A stretch of DNA of 32,000 nucleotides from Acaryochloris thomasi RCC1774 (lineage in GTDB: Bacteria > Cyanobacteriota > Cyanobacteriia > Thermosynechococcales > Thermosynechococcaceae), in assembly GCF_003231495.1 (NCBI RefSeq), contig NZ_PQWO01000007.1, forward strand, positions 150,001 to 182,000. The letters run 5' to 3'. Positions 9,737-17,389 of this stretch are shown here, piece after piece. The position numbers and the translations under genes are program-made. The stretch's first letter is position 1. Each line of letters opens with the position of its first letter. A model generated the notes under the pieces. That model did no database searches and was not told the DNA's origin. It saw only the letters and a list, made by a program, of their open reading frames with translations.

Positions 9737-9988
9737 TTGGCTGGCTCAACTGGAGAAAGACCTTTCGGAGATATTGTTACCAGTATTCGTTACTGGATTA
9801 TTCATACCGTCACGATCCCCGCGTTGTTTATTGCGGGTTGGTTGTTCGTGCAGACAGGTTTAGCCTACGACGTGTTCGGCACACCTAGGCCTGATGAATA
9901 CTTTACTCAAGCTCGTCAAGAGGTTCCCTTGGTCTCAGACCGCTATGAAGGGAAGCAACAGATTAACGAATTTACAAAGGGACTTTAA
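9737..9988 (+). CDS. psbE: cytochrome b559 alpha subunit
   Basis: 83 aa: (M)[57 protein letters not shown]. It has a TTG start preceded by AGGAGG at 9724-9729. An in-frame TAG at 9722-9724 excludes any upstream ATG. Confidence 0.95.
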   Translation: MAGSTGERPFGDIVTSIRYWIIHTVTIPALFIAGWLFVQTGLAYDVFGTPRPDEYFTQARQEVPLVSDRYEGKQQINEFTKGL

Positions 9989-9996
9989 TAAAAGCA

Positions 9997-10128
9997 ATGA
10001 CAAGTAGACTAAAAGAACCCGTTTCTTACCCTGTATTCACCGTTCGATGGTTAGCGGTCCATACATTAGGGGTGCCTTCCACATTTTTCTTGGGTGCGAT
10101 CGCAGCCATGCAGTTTATTCAGCGATAG
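9997..10128 (+). CDS. psbF: cytochrome b559 beta subunit
   Basis: Hand translation gives [43 protein letters not shown] (43 aa). This is near-identical to known PsbF in the heme-binding helix. It is not in the ORF track because it is under 60 aa. Confidence 0.93.
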   Translation: MTSRLKEPVSYPVFTVRWLAVHTLGVPSTFFLGAIAAMQFIQR

Positions 10129-10141
10129 GATTTTTACATCA

Positions 10142-10258
10142 ATGGCGACACCAAATCCCAATCGACAGCCCGTAGAGCTAAACCGAACGTCTCTCTTCCT
10201 TGGCTTGTTGCTTGTTTTCGTTCTGTCTTTGCTCATGTCGAGCTACTTTTTCAACTAA
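10142..10258 (+). CDS. psbL: photosystem II protein L
   Basis: Hand translation gives [38 protein letters not shown] (38 aa), the canonical PsbL sequence. Confidence 0.93.
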   Translation: MATPNPNRQPVELNRTSLFLGLLLVFVLSLLMSSYFFN

Positions 10259-10340
10259 TCTCATCGTCTGAGCCATGAGATTGGCATTTATTTAATTGTT
10301 CATAACTTTATCGGCCCGACTGGATTAGGAGGAAAAATCT

Positions 10341-10460
10341 GTGTTCGAAGATGGAAAACTGCCCTTATGGCTAGTAGGTACCATTGTGGGAACTGGCCTC
10401 ATTACAATTATGGGTATCTTCTTTTACGGTGCCTATGCTGGAATTGGCTCTTCAATGTAG
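10341..10460 (+). CDS. psbJ: photosystem II protein J
   Basis: The GTG start is preceded by AGGAGG (10327-10332). Hand translation gives (M)[38 protein letters not shown] (39 aa), which matches PsbJ. The track ORF 10367-10564 is an off-frame shadow. Confidence 0.9.
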   Translation: MFEDGKLPLWLVGTIVGTGLITIMGIFFYGAYAGIGSSM

Positions 10461-10480
10461 CAGAAGCTCACTTTATAAAT

Positions 10481-10519
10481 AAAACGCCGTTCGTAGTTAG
10501 CGAACGGCGTTTTATTTTG
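10481..10519. terminator. bidirectional intrinsic terminator shared by psbJ (+) and psaI (-)
   Basis: A 13-bp stem, aaaacgccgttcg (10481-10493) with cgaacggcgtttt (10501-10513), and a 7-nt loop. It has a T-run (attttg) on the plus side and an A-rich 5' flank that gives a U-run on the minus strand. Confidence 0.75.
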
Positions 10520-10539
10520 CTAAAAATATTGTCGTCTGT

Positions 10540-10647
10540 CTACGCCGCGTCTCCTTCAACGTAGTAGAAGAAAGCAGCCATTGATACGGTAAAACCAACC
10601 AGGCAAACCAATGGAACCATAATGCTGGGGAGAATATCACTGAGCAT
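10540..10647 (-). CDS. psaI: photosystem I reaction centre subunit VIII
   Basis: Hand translation of the minus strand gives MLSDILPSIMVPLVCLVGFTVSMAAFFYYVEGDAA* (35 aa). It resembles my recollection of PsaI (LPSIFVPLVGLV...; ...LFLYIEGEA). It has a single TM helix and ends 27 nt before the shared terminator. It is not in the ORF track. Confidence 0.75.
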   Translation of the reverse strand: MLSDILPSIMVPLVCLVGFTVSMAAFFYYVEGDAA

Positions 10648-10961
10648 AACGAAAATCCTATTGATAAAGAACAAGTCTCAAGTGAGCCTTGTCTAAGACA
10701 GTAGAAAGGCATGGGTGCCTTATTCACAGCCTGACTCAGACTTGTCCTAATTATTACTGTCTAACGCCCTCGAATCAAGTCAATCGTTATAAACTGTGAG
10801 CTACTTAGGGTAGAAACGTTTGATTCCTGGCGTGGTGTGATACTGCAGGCCGTCTGCAATTATTCACAATAATTGGATAATGCTACTCTGCTTGTCGTCA
10901 TGATCCCCTCTCTGATTTTCGATATACGGACTGATAAACACATGTTTAGGAGATCCCCGCT

Positions 10962-11672
10962 TTGTCCACGTTATTGATTAGCGGTAGCGATACCGATGCT
11001 GGCAAAACTGTTGTCACCTCTGCACTATTGGCTTACCAGCAAAAGTATCTAGCTCATCAGCGCTGGGCTATCTGTAAGCCTTTGCAGTCAGGGATGGGGG
11101 ATGGTGAACATTACCAGCGTTCCTTTGAGCTGACTCAACCTTTAGAGACCGTCAACCCTCTGCGTTTTCAGGAGCCGTTGGCTCCTCCCATTGCAGCGCT
11201 GCAGGAGGGCAAGACTATTGATTTAGGTTTGGCTTGGCAAACGCTACAGATGCTGCAGCAGTCTCATGAGCAGGTGCTGCTTGAAGGGGTGGGCGGTCTG
11301 GGGTCGCCCCTCACGCGAGAATTGACCGTGGCTGATCTGGCTCGGGATTGGCGACTGCCGACTGTGCTGGTGATTCCAGTGCGGCTGGGGGCTATTGGTC
11401 AGGCGGTTGCGAATGTAGCGCTGGCTCGCCAGGCGGGTGTTACCCTGCGCGGCATTGTGCTCAACTGCGTGGAACCGAGAACGGCTGAGCAGATTGCGAA
11501 CTGGGCGCCCATTGATTTACTGCAGGCTTTGACCCAGGTGCCAATCTTAGGGATGCTGCCTTATCTTGAGGATTGGTCGAACCTTGATCGGTTGGCGGTG
11601 GCTGCAAAACAGCTGAATCTAGAGCTTTTGCTCTCTAAGACTTCTATGCCCACCGCCATCGCTGGAGTCTGA
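10962..11672 (+). CDS. bioD: ATP-dependent dethiobiotin synthetase
   Basis: 236 aa. It has the P-loop ISGSDTDAGKTVVTSALL and the LEGVGGLGSPL motif. TTG start with AGGAG 9 nt upstream. Confidence 0.9.
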   Translation: MSTLLISGSDTDAGKTVVTSALLAYQQKYLAHQRWAICKPLQSGMGDGEHYQRSFELTQPLETVNPLRFQEPLAPPIAALQEGKTIDLGLAWQTLQMLQQSHEQVLLEGVGGLGSPLTRELTVADLARDWRLPTVLVIPVRLGAIGQAVANVALARQAGVTLRGIVLNCVEPRTAEQIANWAPIDLLQALTQVPILGMLPYLEDWSNLDRLAVAAKQLNLELLLSKTSMPTAIAGV

Positions 11673-12180
11673 CCCTTAGAATCACCCACACTGAGATTTG
11701 ATAGTATTCGAGCCAAAACCACAGTACTAAAGCAAGGTGAGAAGCACCGGTTAATGCGGCCCATAGTATGGGAAATCCTATGGATGCCTGGGTTGGGAGT
11801 GGCGGAAACATGTAGCCAGATATGCTGATCAGGGCGGTGGGTAGCAGAATGATGGCGATACTGAGTGCCTGCAGTCCCATCGTTAGCTTGCCTGTGCTCT
11901 GGCGTTCTGGCTGCCAGCGATCGCCGTACCAGCGCCACTGTTTTGCTCGGGGGCCTGCGCCTGTCTCAAGGGTTAATGTTTGCTGAGGTAGATTGCTGGA
12001 AAAGATGTGATCGCAAAGATTACAGGAGAAAACCTCCATTAAGTACAAACCGCAGATTTGTCCTTGACGACAAAATGGGCAGGGATAGCTATCTTCGTAC
12101 CGCAGCCTCCTCCAGCTATCGTTGCTAGAAGACTGGGCTGCATTAAACCCAGCGTCATCGATGAAATGGGATCTCAGCAT
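11644..12180 (-). CDS. hypothetical membrane protein with N-terminal zinc-ribbon (CxxC...CxxC)
   Basis: 178-aa ORF. It has CPFCRQGQICGLYLMEVFSCNLCDHIF followed by two predicted TM helices. It overlaps the bioD 3' end convergently by 29 nt. I recognise no family. Confidence 0.55.
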   Translation of the reverse strand: MLRSHFIDDAGFNAAQSSSNDSWRRLRYEDSYPCPFCRQGQICGLYLMEVFSCNLCDHIFSSNLPQQTLTLETGAGPRAKQWRWYGDRWQPERQSTGKLTMGLQALSIAIILLPTALISISGYMFPPLPTQASIGFPILWAALTGASHLALVLWFWLEYYQISVWVILRVRLQRWRWA

Positions 12181-12263
12181 AAGCGTGGTCGTGACGTTCT
12201 CTTCGTAGGGTAGCAGACCTCAAATGGGCCTTACTGAGTGAAGAAGCCAGTCCGAGTAAGCAC

Positions 12264-12297
12264 AAAAAGCTCCAGAGGTCGGCCTCTGGAGCTTTTT
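12264..12297. terminator. strong intrinsic terminator hairpin (bidirectional geometry)
   Basis: aaaaagctccagagg (12264-12278), loop tcgg, cctctggagcttttt (12283-12297). It has a 10-bp GC-rich core flanked by A5/T5, so a U-run follows the stem on either strand. It lies 72 nt downstream of the 68-aa minus-strand ORF. Confidence 0.75.
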
Positions 12298-12369
12298 GGA
12301 GGGATTCAATGCCTAAACTTTGTTTAGAGTTCCGAGATCATGGAGATCTTAAAGCTCTAAACTCTAGAC

Positions 12370-12576
12370 TTATGGCTTAGCGGGCAAAGTCTGTAACTCT
12401 GCAAGCAAAGACTCGATTTGAGCACTGATATCAAGAAACTCTTCTTGATGATTAGAGCAATAGAGCGTTTTAACAGATTTTAAAACTCGGCCATCAGCCG
12501 CTAGCTCTTTATCAGAACCAGACGGAGATGAAACCTCTTGATCTAAAGGTTTAGAAATTAATGTTTGACTAGTCAT
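12370..12576 (-). CDS. hypothetical small protein (68 aa)
   Basis: A stand-alone ORF with ATG at 12576. It is acidic with a helical C-terminus (EEFLDISAQIESLLAELQTL) and is followed by its own strong terminator. I recognise no family. Confidence 0.45.
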   Translation of the reverse strand: MTSQTLISKPLDQEVSSPSGSDKELAADGRVLKSVKTLYCSNHQEEFLDISAQIESLLAELQTLPAKP

Positions 12577-12933
12577 TTTTACTCACTCACATGTCTGAGT
12601 AACCTAATACTATCTCGAAACGTAACGGAATGTTTCATTCAATGTGTCAATTTGCATCAACTGCCGTGAATGGCACAGGGGTCCGTTAACAAGGATGAGA
12701 TTTCGTCTGTGGGTAGAACCCATCCAGAGGGTAGCATCCGTCAACAATATGTCAATGCTTGGGCATATTAACTTTAGTATTGATCTAGCTGTAGATGGCT
12801 TGGGTCTAATGCTTTCCCTCAATCAAGGTAGACTTGAAAATATACTCTCTCTTGCTTTCGAGCGTTTGGCCGCAAGTGGTCTCTGCCGCAAGTAGCCCAG
12901 CAAACTTCTGACAACTTTAGAATCGAACGTACT

Positions 12934-14025
12934 GTGACCCCAAGTCTGTCTATTCCTAAAACGATGCCTCAGTATTGGCCAGGGCTGATCGAGACCTATC
13001 GGCAGTATTTACCTGTCACCGCAGAGACACCGGTGGTCACGCTTAACGAAGGCAATACGCCTCTCATTCCAGTCCCTTCTGTTGCTGCTGAAATCGGGAA
13101 ACAGGTTGAGGTCTTCGTGAAGTATGACGGTCTCAACCCCACCGGCAGTTTCAAAGATCGGGGCATGACGATGGCCGTCTCTAAGGCGAAAGAGGCGGGT
13201 GCCAAGGCCGTGATCTGTGCCAGCACAGGAAATACCTCTGCTGCTGCTGCCGCCTATGCGAGTCGAGGGGGGCTGAAACCCTTTGTCATTATTCCTGATG
13301 GTTACGTGGCGATGGGTAAGCTGGCGCAGGCACTTGTTTATGGCGCGGATGTGATTGCCATTGAGGGCAATTTTGATAAAGCTTTAGAGATTGTGCGGCA
13401 GATGGCGGACGCTTACCCCATCACATTGGTCAATTCACTGAACCCCTACCGGATAGAAGGTCAAAAAACTGCGGCGTTTGAAGTCGTCGATGCTTTAGGA
13501 GATGCGCCAGACTGGCTCTGTATTCCGGTCGGAAATGCAGGGAATATCACGGCCTATTGGCGCGGGTTCTGCGAATATCATCAGGAGCAGCGCTGTAGCC
13601 GTCGACCCCGAATGATGGGATTTCAAGCAGCTGGCGCGGCTCCCCTCGTGCACGGGCATCGTGTTGAAGACCCCCAGACCCTTGCCACGGCGATTCGAAT
13701 TGGCAACCCTGCGAATAAGGCACTTGCGATCGCAGCTCAGCAAGAAAGTGGCGGAGAGTTTAATCCCGTTACCGATGATGAAATTCTGGCCGCCTATCGA
13801 ATGCTGGCGAAGCAAGAAGGGGTTTTCTGTGAACCCGCGAGTGCGGCATCGGTTGCGGGTTTAATGAAGCATAAAGATCAGGTGCCTTCAGGAGCCACTG
13901 TTGTTTGTGTGCTGACGGGCAATGGCCTGAAGGATCCTGACATCGCTTTGCAGCAAAACACCGATCAGTTTCATCAAGGTATTGCGCCTGATTTAGAAAT
14001 GATTGCCAACATTATGGACCTCTAG
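12934..14025 (+). CDS. thrC: threonine synthase
   Basis: 363 aa. It has [14 protein letters not shown], the PLP-lysine motif [12 protein letters not shown] and [14 protein letters not shown]. The start is GTG at 12934, or alternatively ATG at 12964. Confidence 0.95.
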   Translation: MTPSLSIPKTMPQYWPGLIETYRQYLPVTAETPVVTLNEGNTPLIPVPSVAAEIGKQVEVFVKYDGLNPTGSFKDRGMTMAVSKAKEAGAKAVICASTGNTSAAAAAYASRGGLKPFVIIPDGYVAMGKLAQALVYGADVIAIEGNFDKALEIVRQMADAYPITLVNSLNPYRIEGQKTAAFEVVDALGDAPDWLCIPVGNAGNITAYWRGFCEYHQEQRCSRRPRMMGFQAAGAAPLVHGHRVEDPQTLATAIRIGNPANKALAIAAQQESGGEFNPVTDDEILAAYRMLAKQEGVFCEPASAASVAGLMKHKDQVPSGATVVCVLTGNGLKDPDIALQQNTDQFHQGIAPDLEMIANIMDL

Positions 14026-14206
14026 AGAATCTCTCGAGCTGGGCGGTTCGAAAGAACAGTACCTTTTGGCTGCTCTGGATCGGCAATAAATAGCCTCAAT
14101 TCGCTGTAGTATTGCTCAAAGCCAGCTATATCGGTGTGTCAAGGCGATAAAACAAATTTTTATCTACCTTTTTTCGAATTTTTTTTCCATTTTGAGAAAA
14201 ACAGTC

Positions 14207-14375
14207 TATAATTTTTTCAGGTGGGCTATCGATCCCCCCGTATAGCTCAGACAAGTCCTCGAAAAGGCAACTTGTCCCGAAAGGGCAAAGCGCAAATTAG
14301 TGAGCCTAAGCTTTTATTGGTAAGGCTGTCATTAATTCCGAAGGGACTTTACTTTTTTTGACAAAAGGTAAAGTC
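14207..14375 (+). ncRNA. candidate small structured RNA (promoter-like element to terminal hairpin); speculative
   Basis: TATAAT at 14207-14212 with TTTCCA 17 nt upstream. Downstream stems are ggctat/atagct (14223-28/14242-47), gacaagt/acttgtc (14250-56/14270-76), ccc-gaaa-ggg (14276-85) and agcct/aggct (14303-07/14323-27). The terminal hairpin is gactttac/gtaaagtc (14345-52/14368-75). It lies in a 492-nt gap between convergent genes with no credible ORF. Confidence 0.25.
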
Positions 14376-14517
14376 TATTTCCAGGGCATCTTGAACGAGT
14401 AATTGAAATCTGGCCATCGGAAACCAAAATGTTGGAGCCAGCTTTCGATTAGATCTACTAAATATAGACTTAACCTTCATCACCTGTAAGCCTAAGGAGT
14501 TTTGACTCCTCGCTTTA

Positions 14518-16038
14518 CTATGGCTGGTCATTATTTGAGCCAAGCTCTTTTCCTTCCTCTGCTGGAATGGCGGTAGGTGGACTGTTGTTTCTATTGTCTG
14601 CTGCGCGTGGCGCTTTCTGAATCCCCTGCGGATAGAGAGGGGAGACTGAAGTGGGTGGCTGAGATATTTTTTGAGTTTGACGGCGACGACGGGACGTACC
14701 TTCTTCGCTTGTATCTTCGGCGATGACTTCATAGAGTAGGGCGAGTTTGTTGGGACCTTCCCCTTTTCGAAGGATGCGTCCCAGTCGCTGAATGTACTCT
14801 CGAGCAGATCCTGTGCCTGAGAGGACGATCGCAACGCTGGCGGCAGGCACGTCCACGCCTTCATTTAGGACTCGGGAAGCTACGATTCTAGGATATTCTC
14901 CTGATCGAAATCGCTGCAAAATATCGTGGCGCTCTTTAACAGGTGTTTGATGGGTAATGGCTGGAATCAAAAAATTCTGGGAAATTTGATAAACGGTGGC
15001 GTTGTCGTCGGTGAAGATCAGTGTTTGTTGCTGGTCGTGCTGTGCCAGTAGGTCGATTAAAACGCGCAGCTTCCCTTCTGTGCCGAAGGCAATACTTTTG
15101 GCTTTGCGATGGGCAAGCATCGCCCGCCGACCAGATTTCGAACGTGCGCTTTCGCGGACAAAATTTTGCCACCCCTGAAGACTACCCAAATAAATTTTGT
15201 TTTTCTGGAGGAACTGATTGCGGAGGTGGATGAGTTTTTCGTAGTCTTGGCGTTCTTGCGTTGAGAGCTTCACCTGAATCTGAATGATTTTATGTTGGGC
15301 TAGGGCGAGACCGGATAGCTCTTCTGGCGATTTTCGATAGATTTCGGGACCAATGAGCTGCGCGAGGTCTTCGTGCCTGCCGTCACTACGGTCTGGGGTG
15401 GCGGTTAAGCCAAGCCGATAGGGTGCGATCGCACCTTCGGCAATCACCCGATTAAAGTCGCTGGGCAAATGATGACATTCATCAAACACCATTAGCCCGT
15501 AAAGATTACCTAGGTTTTCAGCTTGAATCGCAGCGCTATTGTAGGTTGCCACCAGTAGCGGAGTCCGGTCTCGAGAGCCACCGCCCAATAGGCCCACCTC
15601 TGTATTTGGGAAGGCTGCCTCAAGGTGGGCATACCATTGGTGCATTAAGTCTAGGGTGGGGACAACGATCAAAGTCGAACGCTGAGTGGCCTGGATGGCC
15701 ATTTGGGCTAGGTAGGTTTTCCCGGCTGCGGTGGGTAGGACAACGACGCCTTGCTTTTGGGCCTGTTGCCAAGCTGCTAATGCTTCCTGCTGATGCGGAT
15801 AGGGCGTCATTTCTAAGCCCTGAAACAGCTCAAGTGTATTGTAGGCTTTGGCTTGGTCGATCAGGCGGGGATCGGAGGTTGCGATCGCATCCTTCAAAGC
15901 CCGATATTCAATGGCCGGAACGCGAAACTTTTCAATCCGATCATCCCAAGTCGCGAAGTCGAGCCAGTCTTTACCCCGAGGGGGCGGATGCAGGATCAAC
16001 GTGCCGCGATCGTAGGTGAGGGTAGGATTGCGAGCCAT
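14518..16038 (-). CDS. XPB/Rad25(Ssl2)-type SF2 DNA helicase, short archaeal/bacterial form
   Basis: 506 aa. The XPB-like N-terminal domain reads LTYDRGTLILHPPP...WDDRIEKFRVPAIEYRAL. Helicase motifs seen: I LPTAAGKT, II FDECHH, III GLTATP(DRSDGRHED), VI QRLGRILR. It ends in a low-complexity tail of about 65 aa. Confidence 0.85.
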   Translation of the reverse strand: MARNPTLTYDRGTLILHPPPRGKDWLDFATWDDRIEKFRVPAIEYRALKDAIATSDPRLIDQAKAYNTLELFQGLEMTPYPHQQEALAAWQQAQKQGVVVLPTAAGKTYLAQMAIQATQRSTLIVVPTLDLMHQWYAHLEAAFPNTEVGLLGGGSRDRTPLLVATYNSAAIQAENLGNLYGLMVFDECHHLPSDFNRVIAEGAIAPYRLGLTATPDRSDGRHEDLAQLIGPEIYRKSPEELSGLALAQHKIIQIQVKLSTQERQDYEKLIHLRNQFLQKNKIYLGSLQGWQNFVRESARSKSGRRAMLAHRKAKSIAFGTEGKLRVLIDLLAQHDQQQTLIFTDDNATVYQISQNFLIPAITHQTPVKERHDILQRFRSGEYPRIVASRVLNEGVDVPAASVAIVLSGTGSAREYIQRLGRILRKGEGPNKLALLYEVIAEDTSEEGTSRRRRQTQKISQPPTSVSPLYPQGIQKAPRAADNRNNSPPTAIPAEEGKELGSNNDQP

Positions 16039-16052
16039 TATCCAAAATGCCT

Positions 16053-16517
16053 TTAGATTTCGGGCCAGTATTCATCATCTAGAACCTGCTCCGGTGCATA
16101 GAGACACTCAGCAGGGAACTTGCTGATATCTAACCCTGTCTCGCTCGCCGCGCGTTTTCTTGCCTGTGTGTAGGTTTTGGCAAAGTCTTCTAAGAGTCGG
16201 TTTCTGAGGCTTGGACTGTCTTCAAGCAAATCATAAATGCGATCTCGATGTTCGTTGACAGTACTGATCCAGCTACTAGACCGCTTATCAGATTGGTATT
16301 GCCATTTCAGTAAGTGTATAAGCAAAATTCTCAGGTTGCTCTTCAATGCCTGCCTTTGGCTGCGTCCCAAGTCCTCCACCTCTTCAACCAAGTGTTCGAT
16401 ATCCAGCTCGCTAAAATTACCCTGCTTTAATAACTCCGCAGCTCTATCAACCCATTCAACAAAGTCGGTTTCGTATATCTGTTGGTGAGCTGTGGTTGAT
16501 ATTTGTGTGCCGGTCAT
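16053..16517 (-). CDS. DUF29 domain-containing protein
   Basis: 154 aa. It closely follows the DUF29 pattern (YETDFVEWVDRAAELLKQGNFSELDIEHLVEEVEDLGRSQRQALKSNLRILLIHLLKWQYQ...SWISTVNEHR). Its stop is 14 nt upstream of the helicase ATG. Confidence 0.9.
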   Translation of the reverse strand: MTGTQISTTAHQQIYETDFVEWVDRAAELLKQGNFSELDIEHLVEEVEDLGRSQRQALKSNLRILLIHLLKWQYQSDKRSSSWISTVNEHRDRIYDLLEDSPSLRNRLLEDFAKTYTQARKRAASETGLDISKFPAECLYAPEQVLDDEYWPEI

Positions 16518-16687
16518 ACTTATTGCCAGACTTATCGACTATCACCAATCTGACATACATGCTGCGGTCATAGCTCTAAACCCAATGGCATATCTCTCGT
16601 TCAATTGTTTCACGCCAGTATTCAAGCTTAGCCACATGCGTGGGAGATTGATTCAATAGCTTTGACCACGTTCTATATTTTGTCTCT

Positions 16688-17236
16688 TTACGTCGACGGC
16701 CAGATGCCTTGGTAGTGGATATCTAAACACTGGCGCATTACATCTTGATGATTAAAAGCCAACTGCATTGATAATGCATCTTTTAGGGCATACCACCGCG
16801 CGTCAACGACTTCACCCTTAGAAACTTGGGGCTGCAGCTTGGGCAACTCTGCTGCTGACTCTAGGAAGAACATCAACGGGAACCGGAGCGTCACATTTTG
16901 GCGACGGAGTGGCTCGCTGTAGACAAAGTACGGCTGCTCAAGGTTGCCCTCGAACCGATACTTCTCCTGTAGCGCCAGAATGTCGATACCCAATTCTTCC
17001 CAGATTTCTCGAACGACGGCCCCACCGGCTGTTTCGTCATAGTCTAAGTAGCCGCCCGCAAGTCCCCACTTGCCCTGCTCGTCCGGCAAGTCTGTCCCGC
17101 GTTTCCCTAACGGAACGTAGGCTTCCTCGTTGCTGACCACAAACAGTGTGACCGGCACGACCGTGACGCTGCGACTAATCCAGATCTGTTCACCCTGATG
17201 CGAAATACAGCGGTTGGGTGTGCTTTGAAACTTCAA
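16688..17236 (-). CDS. NUDIX hydrolase
   Basis: 182 aa with an intact Nudix box, GGYLDYDETAGGAVVREIWEELGI (Gx5Ex7REUxEExGU). The annotated start is TTG, so the exact start is uncertain. Confidence 0.85.
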   Translation of the reverse strand: MKFQSTPNRCISHQGEQIWISRSVTVVPVTLFVVSNEEAYVPLGKRGTDLPDEQGKWGLAGGYLDYDETAGGAVVREIWEELGIDILALQEKYRFEGNLEQPYFVYSEPLRRQNVTLRFPLMFFLESAAELPKLQPQVSKGEVVDARWYALKDALSMQLAFNHQDVMRQCLDIHYQGIWPST

Positions 17237-17389
17237 AATGTAGCCCTTGCAAACAACTTCGTTATTCTATGCCGACATCTTCCTGCAGACACTATTGCGG
17301 TGGACAAGAGAGAATTAGAGGCCGATCGACAATGATATAATGTGTGAATTAAATAATTAAAAGTTTACATTCGCCGATAAAAATTTCCT

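Noticed and set aside
10367-10727. Track ORFs 10367-10564 (+, 65 aa) and 10512-10727 (-, 71 aa)
   Set aside because: They are off-frame shadows of the real small genes. Hand translation gives psbJ (10341-10460, GTG start) and psaI (10540-10647), both with recognisable family sequences. The 65-aa ORF also runs through the terminator hairpin.
11561-11938. 125-aa minus-strand ORF
   Set aside because: It overlaps both the bioD 3' end and the better-supported 178-aa zinc-ribbon/TM ORF in another frame. Its composition is Arg/His/Thr-rich shadow-like.
12644-12895. 83-aa ORF starting MSICINCREW, reminiscent of the Ycf34 CICxNC N-terminus
   Set aside because: The similarity ends after 8 residues. 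The rest does not match Ycf34 and is poor in charged residues. The opposite-strand ORF 12610-12822 is equally unconvincing, so I treated the region as non-coding.
14041-14060. tRNA-like GGTTCGAAA (T-loop-like) just after thrC
   Set aside because: There are no complementary T-stem arms, and no acceptor, D or anticodon stems can be drawn around it. I found no tRNA in the window.
14221-14250. TATAGCTCAG resembling a tRNA D-arm
   Set aside because: The surrounding sequence cannot form a cloverleaf. I kept it only as part of the candidate structured RNA.
14349-14864. 171-aa minus-strand ORF overlapping the helicase 3' end
   Set aside because: It is an alternative frame of the helicase gene extended into the intergenic region. 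The product is highly basic and low-complexity, and it crosses the terminal hairpin at 14345-14375.
16518-16687. Short minus-strand reading frame (…THVAKLEYWRETIEREICHWV*) between Nudix and DUF29 as a possible gene remnant
   Set aside because: I found no start codon and no family resemblance. It is under 40 codons and is more simply the DUF29 promoter/5' UTR.
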